From the IMG/VR virus record IMGVR_UViG_3300042691_034547: a stretch of DNA of 20,000 nucleotides. One strand, written 5' to 3'. Position numbers and translations under genes: made by a program. Positions 9,881 to 17,101 of this stretch are shown here, piece by piece (the first letter of the stretch is position 1; every line of letters begins with the position of its first letter). A model generated the notes under the pieces. The model had not been told where the DNA came from, ran no database searches, and saw nothing but the letters and a program-made list of their open reading frames with translations. The DNA is from an uncultured virus (IMG/VR IMGVR_UViG_3300042691_034547) (taxonomy: Duplodnaviria > Heunggongvirae > Uroviricota > Caudoviricetes).

Positions 9881-10546
9881 TTATATAGAAACTTTCCTTA
9901 AATATAAATGTCGTACAGTTGACTTATACCATTTGCTTTTACCTGTTGCAGTTGGAATTGATTCAAAATTAAGTTTGTCAGCAATTTCTTGAAAGCTTAA
10001 GCCAGCTTCACGCTCTAAAACAATTCGATCTCTAATTTCTTTTTCAACTAATGGAAGTGGTCCAAGGTCAACTCCCCAAACTTTTCCGTTTTGTCTTCTA
10101 TCTTCGTGAACATCTTTTTGACGCTCGGAAATCATTCCTCGTTCCATCTCTGCCATAGCAGACATAATTGTTACAACAAAGCGCCCTTGATAACTTGCAG
10201 TGTCAAGACCAAGATCAAGCAAAGCTAAACGCCAACCATATTTATGAGATCTATCTACAATACTGAGAAAATCTCTAGTAGATCTAGCAAGTCGATCTAG
10301 ACGAGTTACAAAAAGTGCTTTGGCTTTTCCACTATCTAAATCTTCTAAAGCGTTTCTTAAAACTGGACGACCTTGAATACTCTTGCCTGATCTGCCCTCT
10401 TCACGAAGAATTACAGCCTTATAGCCAGCAGCCTCTGCTGCAGCAATTAACTGCTTTTCCTGTGCGCCAAGGCTCATGCCATCTTCTACCTGCATTTGAG
10501 TAGAAACGCGGGCATAGCAGTATGCAATCTCTTGATCAATTGTCAT
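9881..10546 (-). CDS. Serine recombinase (resolvase/invertase family)
   Basis: YARVST catalytic Ser, SGKSIQGRP, VTRLDRLARS, AEMER and a C-terminal HTH (GLSFQEIADKLN...W.KSTVR). Confidence 0.9.
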   Translation of the reverse strand: MTIDQEIAYCYARVSTQMQVEDGMSLGAQEKQLIAAAEAAGYKAVILREEGRSGKSIQGRPVLRNALEDLDSGKAKALFVTRLDRLARSTRDFLSIVDRSHKYGWRLALLDLGLDTASYQGRFVVTIMSAMAEMERGMISERQKDVHEDRRQNGKVWGVDLGPLPLVEKEIRDRIVLEREAGLSFQEIADKLNFESIPTATGKSKWYKSTVRHLYLRKVSI

Positions 10547-10718
10547 GTGAATTTAAATAAGCTTTATGAATATACTCGTTTGGGCATTTTGTAATAGATG
10601 GGTCATATCTGTTTCCACAGTCTCCGCATTCCCACGAAAGACTATAGACAGCATCATAATATCCATTGTTATACCCAGAATCGTATGTATCTAGCTTTTC
10701 CTTTTTTCTCTTTGTCAT
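10536..10718 (-). CDS. Small zinc-ribbon-like protein
   Basis: 60 aa with WECGDCG...KCPNEYIH. Overlaps both neighbours. Confidence 0.55.
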   Translation of the reverse strand: MTKRKKEKLDTYDSGYNNGYYDAVYSLSWECGDCGNRYDPSITKCPNEYIHKAYLNSHDN

Positions 10719-11434
10719 TAGGGAGCTACTCGACCATTTTCTACAAAAGCAGCATGGGTAAGTGGCATTATCTCTTTGAAGAACTCTTCGTACTTCTCAG
10801 CTACCATTTCTATCTCCCGCTGTGGGAAGGACGGAAATCTCTGCCCTTCCACACTGCGACGGAGGGATAAAAAATTCATAAGACTACGAGAGTTGATGGT
10901 CACATAGGCTGAGGAGTATATGGTCAATGGAAGGACTCCACGAGCGACCTCTCTAGCAACTCCAAACCTAATCATCTCTTCATAGTTAACATAAGCCTCT
11001 TTACAGGTTCTTCTGTAATTACTCATAGTCACAGCAATTTGCTCAGAAGATCCTTCTTCAAAAACATAAGCACCTGGCTTACCTATTTGCAGAAGCTTTC
11101 TTTGATTATCTGGCACATAAAACTCTGGGTCTAAGACTCGATACCTACCAGACTCTTCGTTGTAGGAAGCAATGCGATGACGCATGTGCTCCCTCCAAAC
11201 AAAGATAGGAGCCTTTACATAAAAAGTAAAGACTGAGTGTTCAAAGGGTGAGCCATGACGATCTCTCATCAGAAAGTTAATCAGACCCCCTGTTTTCTTA
11301 GGGTCGGACTGCTCCTGAGCCTTTTCGCCTAAAGTGCTGACTCTGGCAGCAAAAGCAACATCTTGGTCAGATGCGCTGTGCTTGACCAGCTCTACAACAA
11401 CATCAGAACGAAACTTAAGATCGTCTGGGTACAC
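10718..11434 (-). CDS. thyX: FAD-dependent thymidylate synthase
   Basis: HGSPFEH, ThyX motif RHRIASYNEESGRY, AREVARGVLP, NSRSLMNFLSLR and PQREI. Confidence 0.95.
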   Translation of the reverse strand: MYPDDLKFRSDVVVELVKHSASDQDVAFAARVSTLGEKAQEQSDPKKTGGLINFLMRDRHGSPFEHSVFTFYVKAPIFVWREHMRHRIASYNEESGRYRVLDPEFYVPDNQRKLLQIGKPGAYVFEEGSSEQIAVTMSNYRRTCKEAYVNYEEMIRFGVAREVARGVLPLTIYSSAYVTINSRSLMNFLSLRRSVEGQRFPSFPQREIEMVAEKYEEFFKEIMPLTHAAFVENGRVAP

Positions 11435-11436
11435 TT

Positions 11437-11646
11437 TTACTTATCTCCTTTGAATACTTTGAAGTTGGGGGTTTTTGGGACTAGCTTGTCTATCTTCTTC
11501 TTTTTGAAGACATTGACAAAAGCAGTCAGAATTGCCCATACCAATACAAAGCCAATAAAGGCTACGATCAGCACAAGAACCCAACCAACCATAAATAAAC
11601 TGAGTTGCCACGCTATTTCAAACGGGCGTTGCCAGTCTAGATCCAT
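11437..11646 (-). CDS. Small membrane protein
   Basis: Long hydrophobic stretch and basic tail. AAGGAGG RBS. Confidence 0.65.
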   Translation of the reverse strand: MDLDWQRPFEIAWQLSLFMVGWVLVLIVAFIGFVLVWAILTAFVNVFKKKKIDKLVPKTPNFKVFKGDK

Positions 11647-11661
11647 CTTTTCCTCCTTACC

Positions 11662-12381
11662 TTATTTGTAGGTCTTTTTAGACCAGTGGTTTTTTACATA
11701 GTTGTTCACTATGGTGGCAGCAAAGTTTTTATCTCTTTCAACCTCTAACTTTTCTTTTGTGTAGAAGTCGAACTCTGACTGCCAATTTTCTCTTTTAAAA
11801 GGGATTACTTGAAGCATAGGAGTTCCCTTTTCTACTACTCCCTCAAAATCCTTCTTAACCCAGACTGGTGGGATTATTTCTATGCTTGGACTGTCAGAGT
11901 CCAAAACTGCTGGAATTGCATGAAAAGGACTATCTTTATACCCAAAAGGCTGAGTAAACAAAACCGAGTAACCTTTAGGAGTTCTAGGAATCCAAGGATT
12001 GATGTATTTAAAAACTGAGTTGTTATAACCTGCTGGAGCTTCAACAAATCTAGAACTAGATCCATGAGCCTCAAAAACTGGATAAGAAACACGCCATGTT
12101 ATTTCTGGAAGACCGTTTACCTGTCTAACCAAAACATCTGACCACAAAGGTATGATATATCCAGAGGTAAGGGCATCAAGCATGGGAGTGCACTTTTTAA
12201 ATGTGGCATTCGAGTTATGGTTTCTTATGATGAGCTTTTTACCTTCTGGATTATCATAGTCAACATCATAGGGAGTCATACTTCTCCACCACTCTGGCAA
12301 AGCTTGAGCAGCAGGGAAAGGTCTAGGAGCAACTTCAAATAAATGCTCGGACTGAGCACTAAAGGTTATCTTGTTTGTCAT
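11662..12381 (-). CDS. Conserved-looking phage hypothetical protein, possibly dUTPase-like beta fold (DUF6065-like)
   Basis: Motifs LPEWW, TFKKCTPMLDALTSGY, NPW..RTPKGYSVLF, KGTPMLQVIPFKRE. AGGAG RBS. Family assignment is from recall only. Confidence 0.5.
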   Translation of the reverse strand: MTNKITFSAQSEHLFEVAPRPFPAAQALPEWWRSMTPYDVDYDNPEGKKLIIRNHNSNATFKKCTPMLDALTSGYIIPLWSDVLVRQVNGLPEITWRVSYPVFEAHGSSSRFVEAPAGYNNSVFKYINPWIPRTPKGYSVLFTQPFGYKDSPFHAIPAVLDSDSPSIEIIPPVWVKKDFEGVVEKGTPMLQVIPFKRENWQSEFDFYTKEKLEVERDKNFAATIVNNYVKNHWSKKTYK

Positions 12382-12515
12382 TTCATCACTCCTACGCTCG
12401 ATTTAGATAACTATATCGTAATAACTTAGACTTAAGTATGTACGCATTTTAGGGGTATGTCAAGGACATTTATAAGCTTCATATTGAACGATTTTGATTA
12501 ATTTGACCGTACAAC

Positions 12516-12623
12516 CTACCCACCAATCCTTTTTAAGCAATCTGGATTGCATTTACCACAAGGGCAGGTTCTAGGCTCATCTGTAGTAAGCCATATAAAT
12601 AAAGATTTAAGTAGGTTCTTCAT
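12516..12623 (-). CDS. 35-aa Cys-rich microprotein
   Basis: MKNLLKSLFIWLTTDEPRTCPCGKCNPDCLKRIGG. ATGA overlap with the upstream ORF. Confidence 0.5.
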   Translation of the reverse strand: MKNLLKSLFIWLTTDEPRTCPCGKCNPDCLKRIGG

Positions 12624-12784
12624 TCTGGACACTCGCAAGGTCCGTAAGGGTCAAAAGCACAGAACTGACATTCCATAGGTTCTTGATGGGCTTTGCAGTA
12701 GTAGCGAAACTGGTGCTCGTCACAGCAAACGAAAAGCTCGTCAACAATGTTGTAGTGAGGTGTTCTATCAATAACTCTACTCAT
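12620..12784 (-). CDS. 54-aa Cys/His-rich microprotein
   Basis: MSRVIDRTPHYNIVDELFVCCDEHQFRYYCKAHQEPMECQFCAFDPYGPCECPE. Starts 2 bp after the upstream stop. Confidence 0.6.
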   Translation of the reverse strand: MSRVIDRTPHYNIVDELFVCCDEHQFRYYCKAHQEPMECQFCAFDPYGPCECPE

Positions 12785-12786
12785 AG

Positions 12787-12936
12787 TTATCGCACCACCA
12801 CGCTATATCCGACCCAAAGCCCGATGATGCCAGCGACGCCAGCAAATACTGGGGGAGCAGGTACTGGAAGCTTGAATAAAGCAAAGACTACTCCGCAGAG
12901 TGCGCCAGTTACAGTAGATAAAAGTATCTCTTTCAT
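12787..12936 (-). CDS. XapX-domain (DUF1427-like) small membrane protein
   Basis: Restarted at ATG 12936: MKEILLSTVTGALCGVVFALFKLPVPAPPVFAGVAGIIGLWVGY. The F..lkLPvPAPP..aG..GI.G..lGY pattern is characteristic. Confidence 0.75.
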   Translation of the reverse strand: MKEILLSTVTGALCGVVFALFKLPVPAPPVFAGVAGIIGLWVGYSVVVR

Positions 12937-12937
12937 A

Positions 12938-13075
12938 TTATTCCCATCCTGGAGGTGGAGGGACAGGTTCTTCACAACCGCAGTTGTCGCAGAAAAAGTC
13001 CCATGTATTTTTATCTTTGACAAAAATATGTCCAAAGAAGTAGCAAGTAATTTTATTAATCAGCGTTTTCATCAT
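12938..13075 (-). CDS. 45-aa protein with CxxFGH...CxxC (DUF1660-like) zinc motif
   Basis: MMKTLINKITCYFFGHIFVKDKNTWDFFCDNCGCEEPVPPPPGWE. Tightly packed between neighbours. Confidence 0.55.
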   Translation of the reverse strand: MMKTLINKITCYFFGHIFVKDKNTWDFFCDNCGCEEPVPPPPGWE

Positions 13076-13202
13076 CCCAGCAATCTTGACATAGCCATCC
13101 TTTTAGGGCTGGCTCATAAAGATGAGTTACCCTTTTAGATATCTTGTTTCCACACATCTTGCAGAAAGACTCCCTCTCTGCTTTCTTTAAATATTCTGGC
13201 AT
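13056..13202 (-). CDS. 48-aa C4 zinc-finger microprotein
   Basis: MPEYLKKAERESFCKMCGNKISKRVTHLYEPALKGWLCQDCWDDENAD (two CxxC). Confidence 0.6.
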   Translation of the reverse strand: MPEYLKKAERESFCKMCGNKISKRVTHLYEPALKGWLCQDCWDDENAD

Positions 13203-13309
13203 GTCTTTAGGTGATTATTTAGGGTGAAGTGAGCAAAACTAGATCTAACCTCTACCTCTGATTTACAGTTGGGGCAGATGACTGCCCTATTGATAGTTTT
13301 TGTTGGCAT
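13187..13309 (-). CDS. 40-aa C2HC zinc-finger microprotein
   Basis: MPTKTINRAVICPNCKSEVEVRSSFAHFTLNNHLKTCQNI (CxxC...HxxxC). Confidence 0.55.
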   Translation of the reverse strand: MPTKTINRAVICPNCKSEVEVRSSFAHFTLNNHLKTCQNI

Positions 13310-13469
13310 GGTTTTCCCTTGCTTCTTTGAGGAGTTGTTCGAGACTTCTGGAGTCTTGGCCATCACCTCTCCAATCTTCGTAATCTGTCATTTCTATTTC
13401 TGCTGGTTGTTGATTTTGGTTTTTCTGCACTCTTTTTCCAATAAAGTATGCAACCACTAATCCCAGCAT
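13287..13469 (-). CDS. Small protein with short N-terminal hydrophobic anchor
   Basis: 60-aa ORF with GAAAGGA RBS upstream. Confidence 0.55.
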   Translation of the reverse strand: MLGLVVAYFIGKRVQKNQNQQPAEIEMTDYEDWRGDGQDSRSLEQLLKEARENHANKNYQ

Positions 13470-13520
13470 TCTGTCCTTTCGTCTCTTTGAGAGGGTGCCC
13501 CCTAGTAAGCACCACTCTAA

Positions 13521-13685
13521 CTATTCTTGGGTGTTAACGCCAAGCTTTCTTGCTTCTTGCAAGTACATCTCACGATACTCGTCCCAGTACTTCTTTACAA
13601 GCTTCGTCTTAGCACGAGCCTGTGCTGCAGAAGCCCTCTGAGCAGGGGTTAGATCGTTCTTTTTCTTTGTCGTAGCTCTAGGCAC
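13521..13685 (-). CDS. 54-aa basic helical protein
   Basis: GTG start with strong GAAAGGAG RBS. MPRATTKKKNDLTPAQRASAAQARAKTKLVKKYWDEYREMYLQEARKLGVNTQE. Confidence 0.7.
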   Translation of the reverse strand: MPRATTKKKNDLTPAQRASAAQARAKTKLVKKYWDEYREMYLQEARKLGVNTQE

Positions 13686-13709
13686 TACTTCTCCTTTCGT
13701 CTCGGTTAT

Positions 13710-13737
13710 ATGCTAACAGTTCTATCCTAGATGTCAA
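13710..13737 (-). promoter_or_regulatory. Promoter TTGACA-N16-TAGCAT with extended -10, driving the microprotein operon
   Basis: Reverse complement reads TTGACAtctaggatagaacTGtTAGCAT. Confidence 0.6.
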
Positions 13738-14258
13738 GTCTTGATTTTCCGGGCGCCCTTTCCGTCTAGAGAGGCGGAGGGAGGGGGGAGAGGGTTGTGG
13801 GTTTTGGGTTTTTTGCGTAGACAGAGCTTGCATAGAGCATAGGGAGGTGCTCCTTTTTTCTGTCTAAAGACTGTGTTTTCTGGAGTTCTTTCATGTCCAT
13901 GTCTGCATTCTTTATTTAGAATAGGGAATCCCACTATGGTTTCAATAGAAGGTGTTAGACCTCTTTTTAAAGAATCTCTATTATTTTCAGCTATAGTTCC
14001 TAAACTTAAATGATTTGGGTTTACGCAGATTTTATTATCACAGGAGTGCATGACAACATACTTAGATTGTGGTAGTTTTCCTTTAGAATAATGTAAAGCC
14101 CAAGCAACTCTATGTGCAGTTACACATTGTTTAGGTTTGTACGCAAAAGCTCCATAACCACTACTTTGTTTCGATGCAGTCCATTCCCAACAATCTTCTG
14201 GTCCAGCAATAATTACTTTTTCCCAAAAGCGATTAGAAAGAATTTCTAATTTAGTCAC
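13734..14258 (-). CDS. HNH homing endonuclease with C-terminal zinc-binding motif
   Basis: RFWEKV...CWEW...GYG...AHRVAW...VMHSCDNKICVNPNHL...EN.RD and CRHGH..TPENT...CKLC. Start reassigned to GTG 14258 (leaderless, TATTCT 6 nt upstream). Confidence 0.88.
   Translation of the reverse strand: MTKLEILSNRFWEKVIIAGPEDCWEWTASKQSSGYGAFAYKPKQCVTAHRVAWALHYSKGKLPQSKYVVMHSCDNKICVNPNHLSLGTIAENNRDSLKRGLTPSIETIVGFPILNKECRHGHERTPENTVFRQKKGAPPYALCKLCLRKKPKTHNPLPPPSASLDGKGARKIKT
13745..13815 (+). repeat. Dispersed hairpin + G/T-tract element, copy 1
   Basis: Core TCCGGGCGCCCTTTCCG at 13748-13764, purine-rich arm, then a G/T-only tract. Confidence 0.75.
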
Positions 14259-14289
14259 TGGCAAAGAATACAACTGGTAAACTATGAAC

Positions 14290-14991
14290 ATGAGCAAACC
14301 AACATATGTCGCTAAAAAACTTATGATTCTTAAGATAGCCAGAGAACTGAGCGTGGATTTTTCTTCTATTATTGCTAAATATGAGGATCAATACTTTAAA
14401 GACTCTAGTATTCATAAATATGACTTTTTTAAAGAGCTTTTAGAGGACCAGCTTACTGGCGCTTCTGAGACATTTATAAACAGCAGATGTAACCTAACTA
14501 GGTTGCGAGATAACAGAACCCCGCTGGAATATGGCAAAGAACTTGCTATCGGCTGGCTTATGGAGGATGTTATATTAGAAGCTATAAGTAGAACTGGTAT
14601 AAATATAGAATTGCAAGGCTTTGATCAGAGAAGAGAGTTTTTAGATCAAGAACAAATAAGCGCTAGGTCTGACTACTGGATTAAGCTGGGCGAAGAGCTA
14701 GTCTCTCTAGAACTTGTTACTTCTTGGACAAGCTACTGGCAGTCATCAGATAAGCTAGATCTCAGAGCGTCTAAGTTTAAATCAATGGTGACTAAAGCTG
14801 AAAGAACTCTCTGCCTAGGAGTAGAAGCTCCATCTCTTAATGGATTTTGTATAGATATGCAGAAAGACCAAGAACTATTTGAAAGCAAGCCAAACCCTGC
14901 TTGGGGATTCAAACCTTCTCATACGCTAGAAGGTATATCCTCTAAATTAGTTTCTTTAAAAGATGCTGTTGAATTAATCAGAACTGTCTAG
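14290..14991 (+). CDS. Hypothetical protein, possible PD-(D/E)xK restriction-endonuclease-like nuclease
   Basis: GWLMED helix followed by RSDYWI...LELVTS, a nuclease-like D...E pattern. Start at ATG 14290 (leaderless). AT-rich with many AGA/ATA codons. Function uncertain. Confidence 0.4.
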   Translation: MSKPTYVAKKLMILKIARELSVDFSSIIAKYEDQYFKDSSIHKYDFFKELLEDQLTGASETFINSRCNLTRLRDNRTPLEYGKELAIGWLMEDVILEAISRTGINIELQGFDQRREFLDQEQISARSDYWIKLGEELVSLELVTSWTSYWQSSDKLDLRASKFKSMVTKAERTLCLGVEAPSLNGFCIDMQKDQELFESKPNPAWGFKPSHTLEGISSKLVSLKDAVELIRTV

Positions 14992-15065
14992 TGCGCTGTG
15001 TAGGACTTGAACCTACGACGACCCGATTATGAGTCGGGGGCTCTAACCAACTGAGCTAACAGCGC
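14992..15065 (-). tRNA. tRNA with CAT anticodon (Ile2-lysidine or elongator Met); CCA not encoded
   Basis: GCGCTGT-TA-GCTC AGTTGGTTA GAGC-C-CCCGA CTCATAA TCGGG-TCGTC-GTAGG TTCAAGT CCTAC-ACAGCGC-A forms a complete cloverleaf. G1-C72 is paired, so it is not an initiator tRNA. Confidence 0.92.
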
Positions 15066-15069
15066 CAAG

Positions 15070-15142
15070 CGCCCTCGGCAGGAATCGAACCTGCGACGCA
15101 GACCTTAGAAGAGTCTCGCTCTATCCTCTGAGCTACGAAGGC
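15070..15142 (-). tRNA. tRNA-Arg(TCT); CCA not encoded
   Basis: GCCTTCG-TA-GCTC AGAGGATA GAGC-G-AGACT CTTCTAA GGTCT-GCGTC-GCAGG TTCGATT CCTGC-CGAGGGC-G cloverleaf. Confidence 0.93.
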
Positions 15143-15178
15143 TTATTTGTGTCAGACCATAACATAAAAAGTCAAAAA

Positions 15179-15254
15179 TCCCGGCGCCCTTTCCGTTTAT
15201 AGAAGAGGGCGAAAATCCGGGGGGTGTTGTGTGTTTGGTGTGTGTTTTGGGGTG
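15179..15254 (+). repeat. Dispersed hairpin + G/T-tract element, copy 2
   Basis: Core TCCCGGCGCCCTTTCCG at 15179-15195. CGCCCT/AGGGCG and CCCGG/CCGGG arms, then a G/T-only tract. Confidence 0.75.
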
Positions 15255-15266
15255 TAGGCTTTGGCT

Positions 15267-15791
15267 ATGACGACAATAATCGGGATACAGTACGAGAACT
15301 ATTGCCTTCTCGCAGCTGATTCTAGAACTACAAACGAGATTGGTCGTCCGTATCATCATGAAAAAGTAGAAAAGATAACTGAGCGTGGATCATGGCTTAT
15401 TGCTGGAGCTGGAGATCCTCAAGCTTGCGACCTAGTTCAGCATGGTTGGAATCCGCCAAAGCAGGAAGTAAAAGACGATTATAAATATGTTGTAACTAAA
15501 GTTTGTCCAAGTATTCGTGAATATCTAAAGAAAAATGGCTATGAAAAAGATAAGTCTGATAAAGATGGTGGTTTTATATTTCTTTTAGCCTACAAAGGAG
15601 TCATCTATGAGATAGATGAAACCTTTACTGTCTATATGAGAGATGATGGCTTGTATGGAATTGGTAGTGGCTCAAGGTGGGCTTTGGGAGCTTTACAAGG
15701 TGGAGCTGATTGGCAAAAAGCTTTAGAAGTAGCAGAGAAAAACGATATTTATACAGGTGGACCTTTTAAGAGTCTAACCCAAGCTCCTTAA
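15267..15791 (+). CDS. Proteasome beta-subunit / HslV-like Ntn threonine peptidase
   Basis: Start ATG 15267 gives M-TTIIG with the N-terminal nucleophile Thr. Also AADSRTT, EKI, AGAG, GIGSGS and DIYTGG motifs. Confidence 0.85.
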   Translation: MTTIIGIQYENYCLLAADSRTTNEIGRPYHHEKVEKITERGSWLIAGAGDPQACDLVQHGWNPPKQEVKDDYKYVVTKVCPSIREYLKKNGYEKDKSDKDGGFIFLLAYKGVIYEIDETFTVYMRDDGLYGIGSGSRWALGALQGGADWQKALEVAEKNDIYTGGPFKSLTQAP

Positions 15792-16071
15792 GAAAAATAC
15801 CTTTTGGTCTAGCTCCAACTATTCTATTACGCTCTTTTCCATCTTCAAAAAGGATAAATGTTGGAATTGAGCGAAGTCCATACTCGGCTGTTAGTCCAGA
15901 ATTAAAATCTGCATTTATCTTTATAACATCTATTATTTTAGATACTTCTTCTACAATTGGGTTCATTGCTTTACAAGGACCGCACCAGTCTGCCCAAAAG
16001 TCAACAAGAACTTTTCCCTTAGAGAGAAGAACATCTTGAGCAAACTCAGCTGAGCTTGACTCTTTAATCAT
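15766..16071 (-). CDS. trxA: Thioredoxin
   Basis: VLVDFWADWCGPCK and cis-Pro motif SIPT. Confidence 0.93.
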   Translation of the reverse strand: MIKESSSAEFAQDVLLSKGKVLVDFWADWCGPCKAMNPIVEEVSKIIDVIKINADFNSGLTAEYGLRSIPTFILFEDGKERNRIVGARPKGIFLKELGLDS

Positions 16072-16466
16072 TTGACTCTCTTAGCTAGTAATGCATCAAA
16101 GTCTTTTAGCTTTGTTCCGCCACCATACTCCCAAGCATAGCCAGAAGCTATGAGAGAGTGGTTTACAGATTGCTCTGCTCCATCTACATAAAGCCAACCA
16201 AGAATTCGACCATACTTTTCAGTCGAGTCTGGCTTTTCTGTTTTAATAACTATAGTTGTAGCAGAGTCGAGGATTTCTTTAAGCTTTTTCTTTACTTCAA
16301 GACCAAGCGCTTTTTCTCGCTTATCTAGAGTTCTTGACTCTGGAGTATCAATTCCAGCCAAGCGTACACGCTGAAAGAAAGAGACATTAAAACCAAGATC
16401 GATATCAACATCGATTGTGTCTCCGTCTACGACAGCGTGTACTTTCTTGACTCGATAAATGTACAA
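16068..16466 (-). CDS. Thermonuclease (staphylococcal nuclease family)
   Basis: VVDGDTI, RVRLAGIDTPE, KYGRILG and VN..LI.SGYA motifs. Confidence 0.9.
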   Translation of the reverse strand: MYIYRVKKVHAVVDGDTIDVDIDLGFNVSFFQRVRLAGIDTPESRTLDKREKALGLEVKKKLKEILDSATTIVIKTEKPDSTEKYGRILGWLYVDGAEQSVNHSLIASGYAWEYGGGTKLKDFDALLAKRVK

Positions 16467-16475
16467 TTAGTAGAC

Positions 16476-17099
16476 CTACTTAATTGTTTGACCACAGGAA
16501 GAACAGACTTTTGCCTTCTCTTCTTTTGCAGCTGGTGCTGCAGCTGGTGCTGAACCTGCTCCTTTGAACTTAGGGCGACCAAAGCCAACAATAGAAATTT
16601 GTACTTTCTTTGGGTTCTTCTTGTAAGCACGAAGCTTTTTGCATGCTTCGCCACCATTTCGTTGGCTACCTTTTTTGCCATCTCCAGTAGTGTTGCCTTC
16701 TATACACCAAACAGTTCCATCTCCATTGTCTTCAACAACAATACCAACATGACTGATTCTATCGACACCATCTGCCGGGAAATCAAAATAGGCAATATCG
16801 CCTGGATCTGGATCTGCAAGATCTCCATCAATCCATGCGCCTTTGTCCTTAAATGCCTTTGCTCCTGATGGAGTGTAGACAGTATTAGGAACTTTTACAC
16901 CTGCTTGATCGGCGCACCACATAACAAACGAACCGCACCATGGCTGGAAGTTTGCTTTTGTAAAAGCACCATATTTGGTTTCGTTGTCTTTAGGACCTTC
17001 GATGTAACCAACCTGTGACTTAGCAACTTGACATAGTCGAGCAGCGCTTCCTTGTGGTTTTGAGTCCGAAGGAGCGGGTACTGGAAAATCGTCAGCCAT
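16476..17099 (-). CDS. CHAP-domain endolysin (cysteine peptidase/amidase)
   Basis: PWCGSFVMWC (catalytic Cys), PGDIAYFDF, SHVGIV (His) and IEGNT. Ala/Pro linker and C-terminal CSSC. Confidence 0.88.
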   Translation of the reverse strand: MADDFPVPAPSDSKPQGSAARLCQVAKSQVGYIEGPKDNETKYGAFTKANFQPWCGSFVMWCADQAGVKVPNTVYTPSGAKAFKDKGAWIDGDLADPDPGDIAYFDFPADGVDRISHVGIVVEDNGDGTVWCIEGNTTGDGKKGSQRNGGEACKKLRAYKKNPKKVQISIVGFGRPKFKGAGSAPAAAPAAKEEKAKVCSSCGQTIK

Positions 17100-17101
17100 G
17101 A

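Noticed and set aside
9881..10546. Large serine integrase or IS607 TnpA
   Set aside because: Too short, with no zinc ribbon or coiled coil, no N-terminal HTH and no adjacent tnpB.
12683..13138. 151-aa + strand ORF
   Set aside because: Antisense to a tightly packed set of minus-strand genes including the XapX-like gene, and has no recognisable motif.
14992..15142. tRNAs as a prophage attachment site or host boundary
   Set aside because: No duplicated tRNA 3' end was seen, and phage-type genes continue on both sides.
15105..15359. 84-aa minus-strand ORF
   Set aside because: Runs across the tRNA-Arg, the repeat and the protease gene, so it is spurious.
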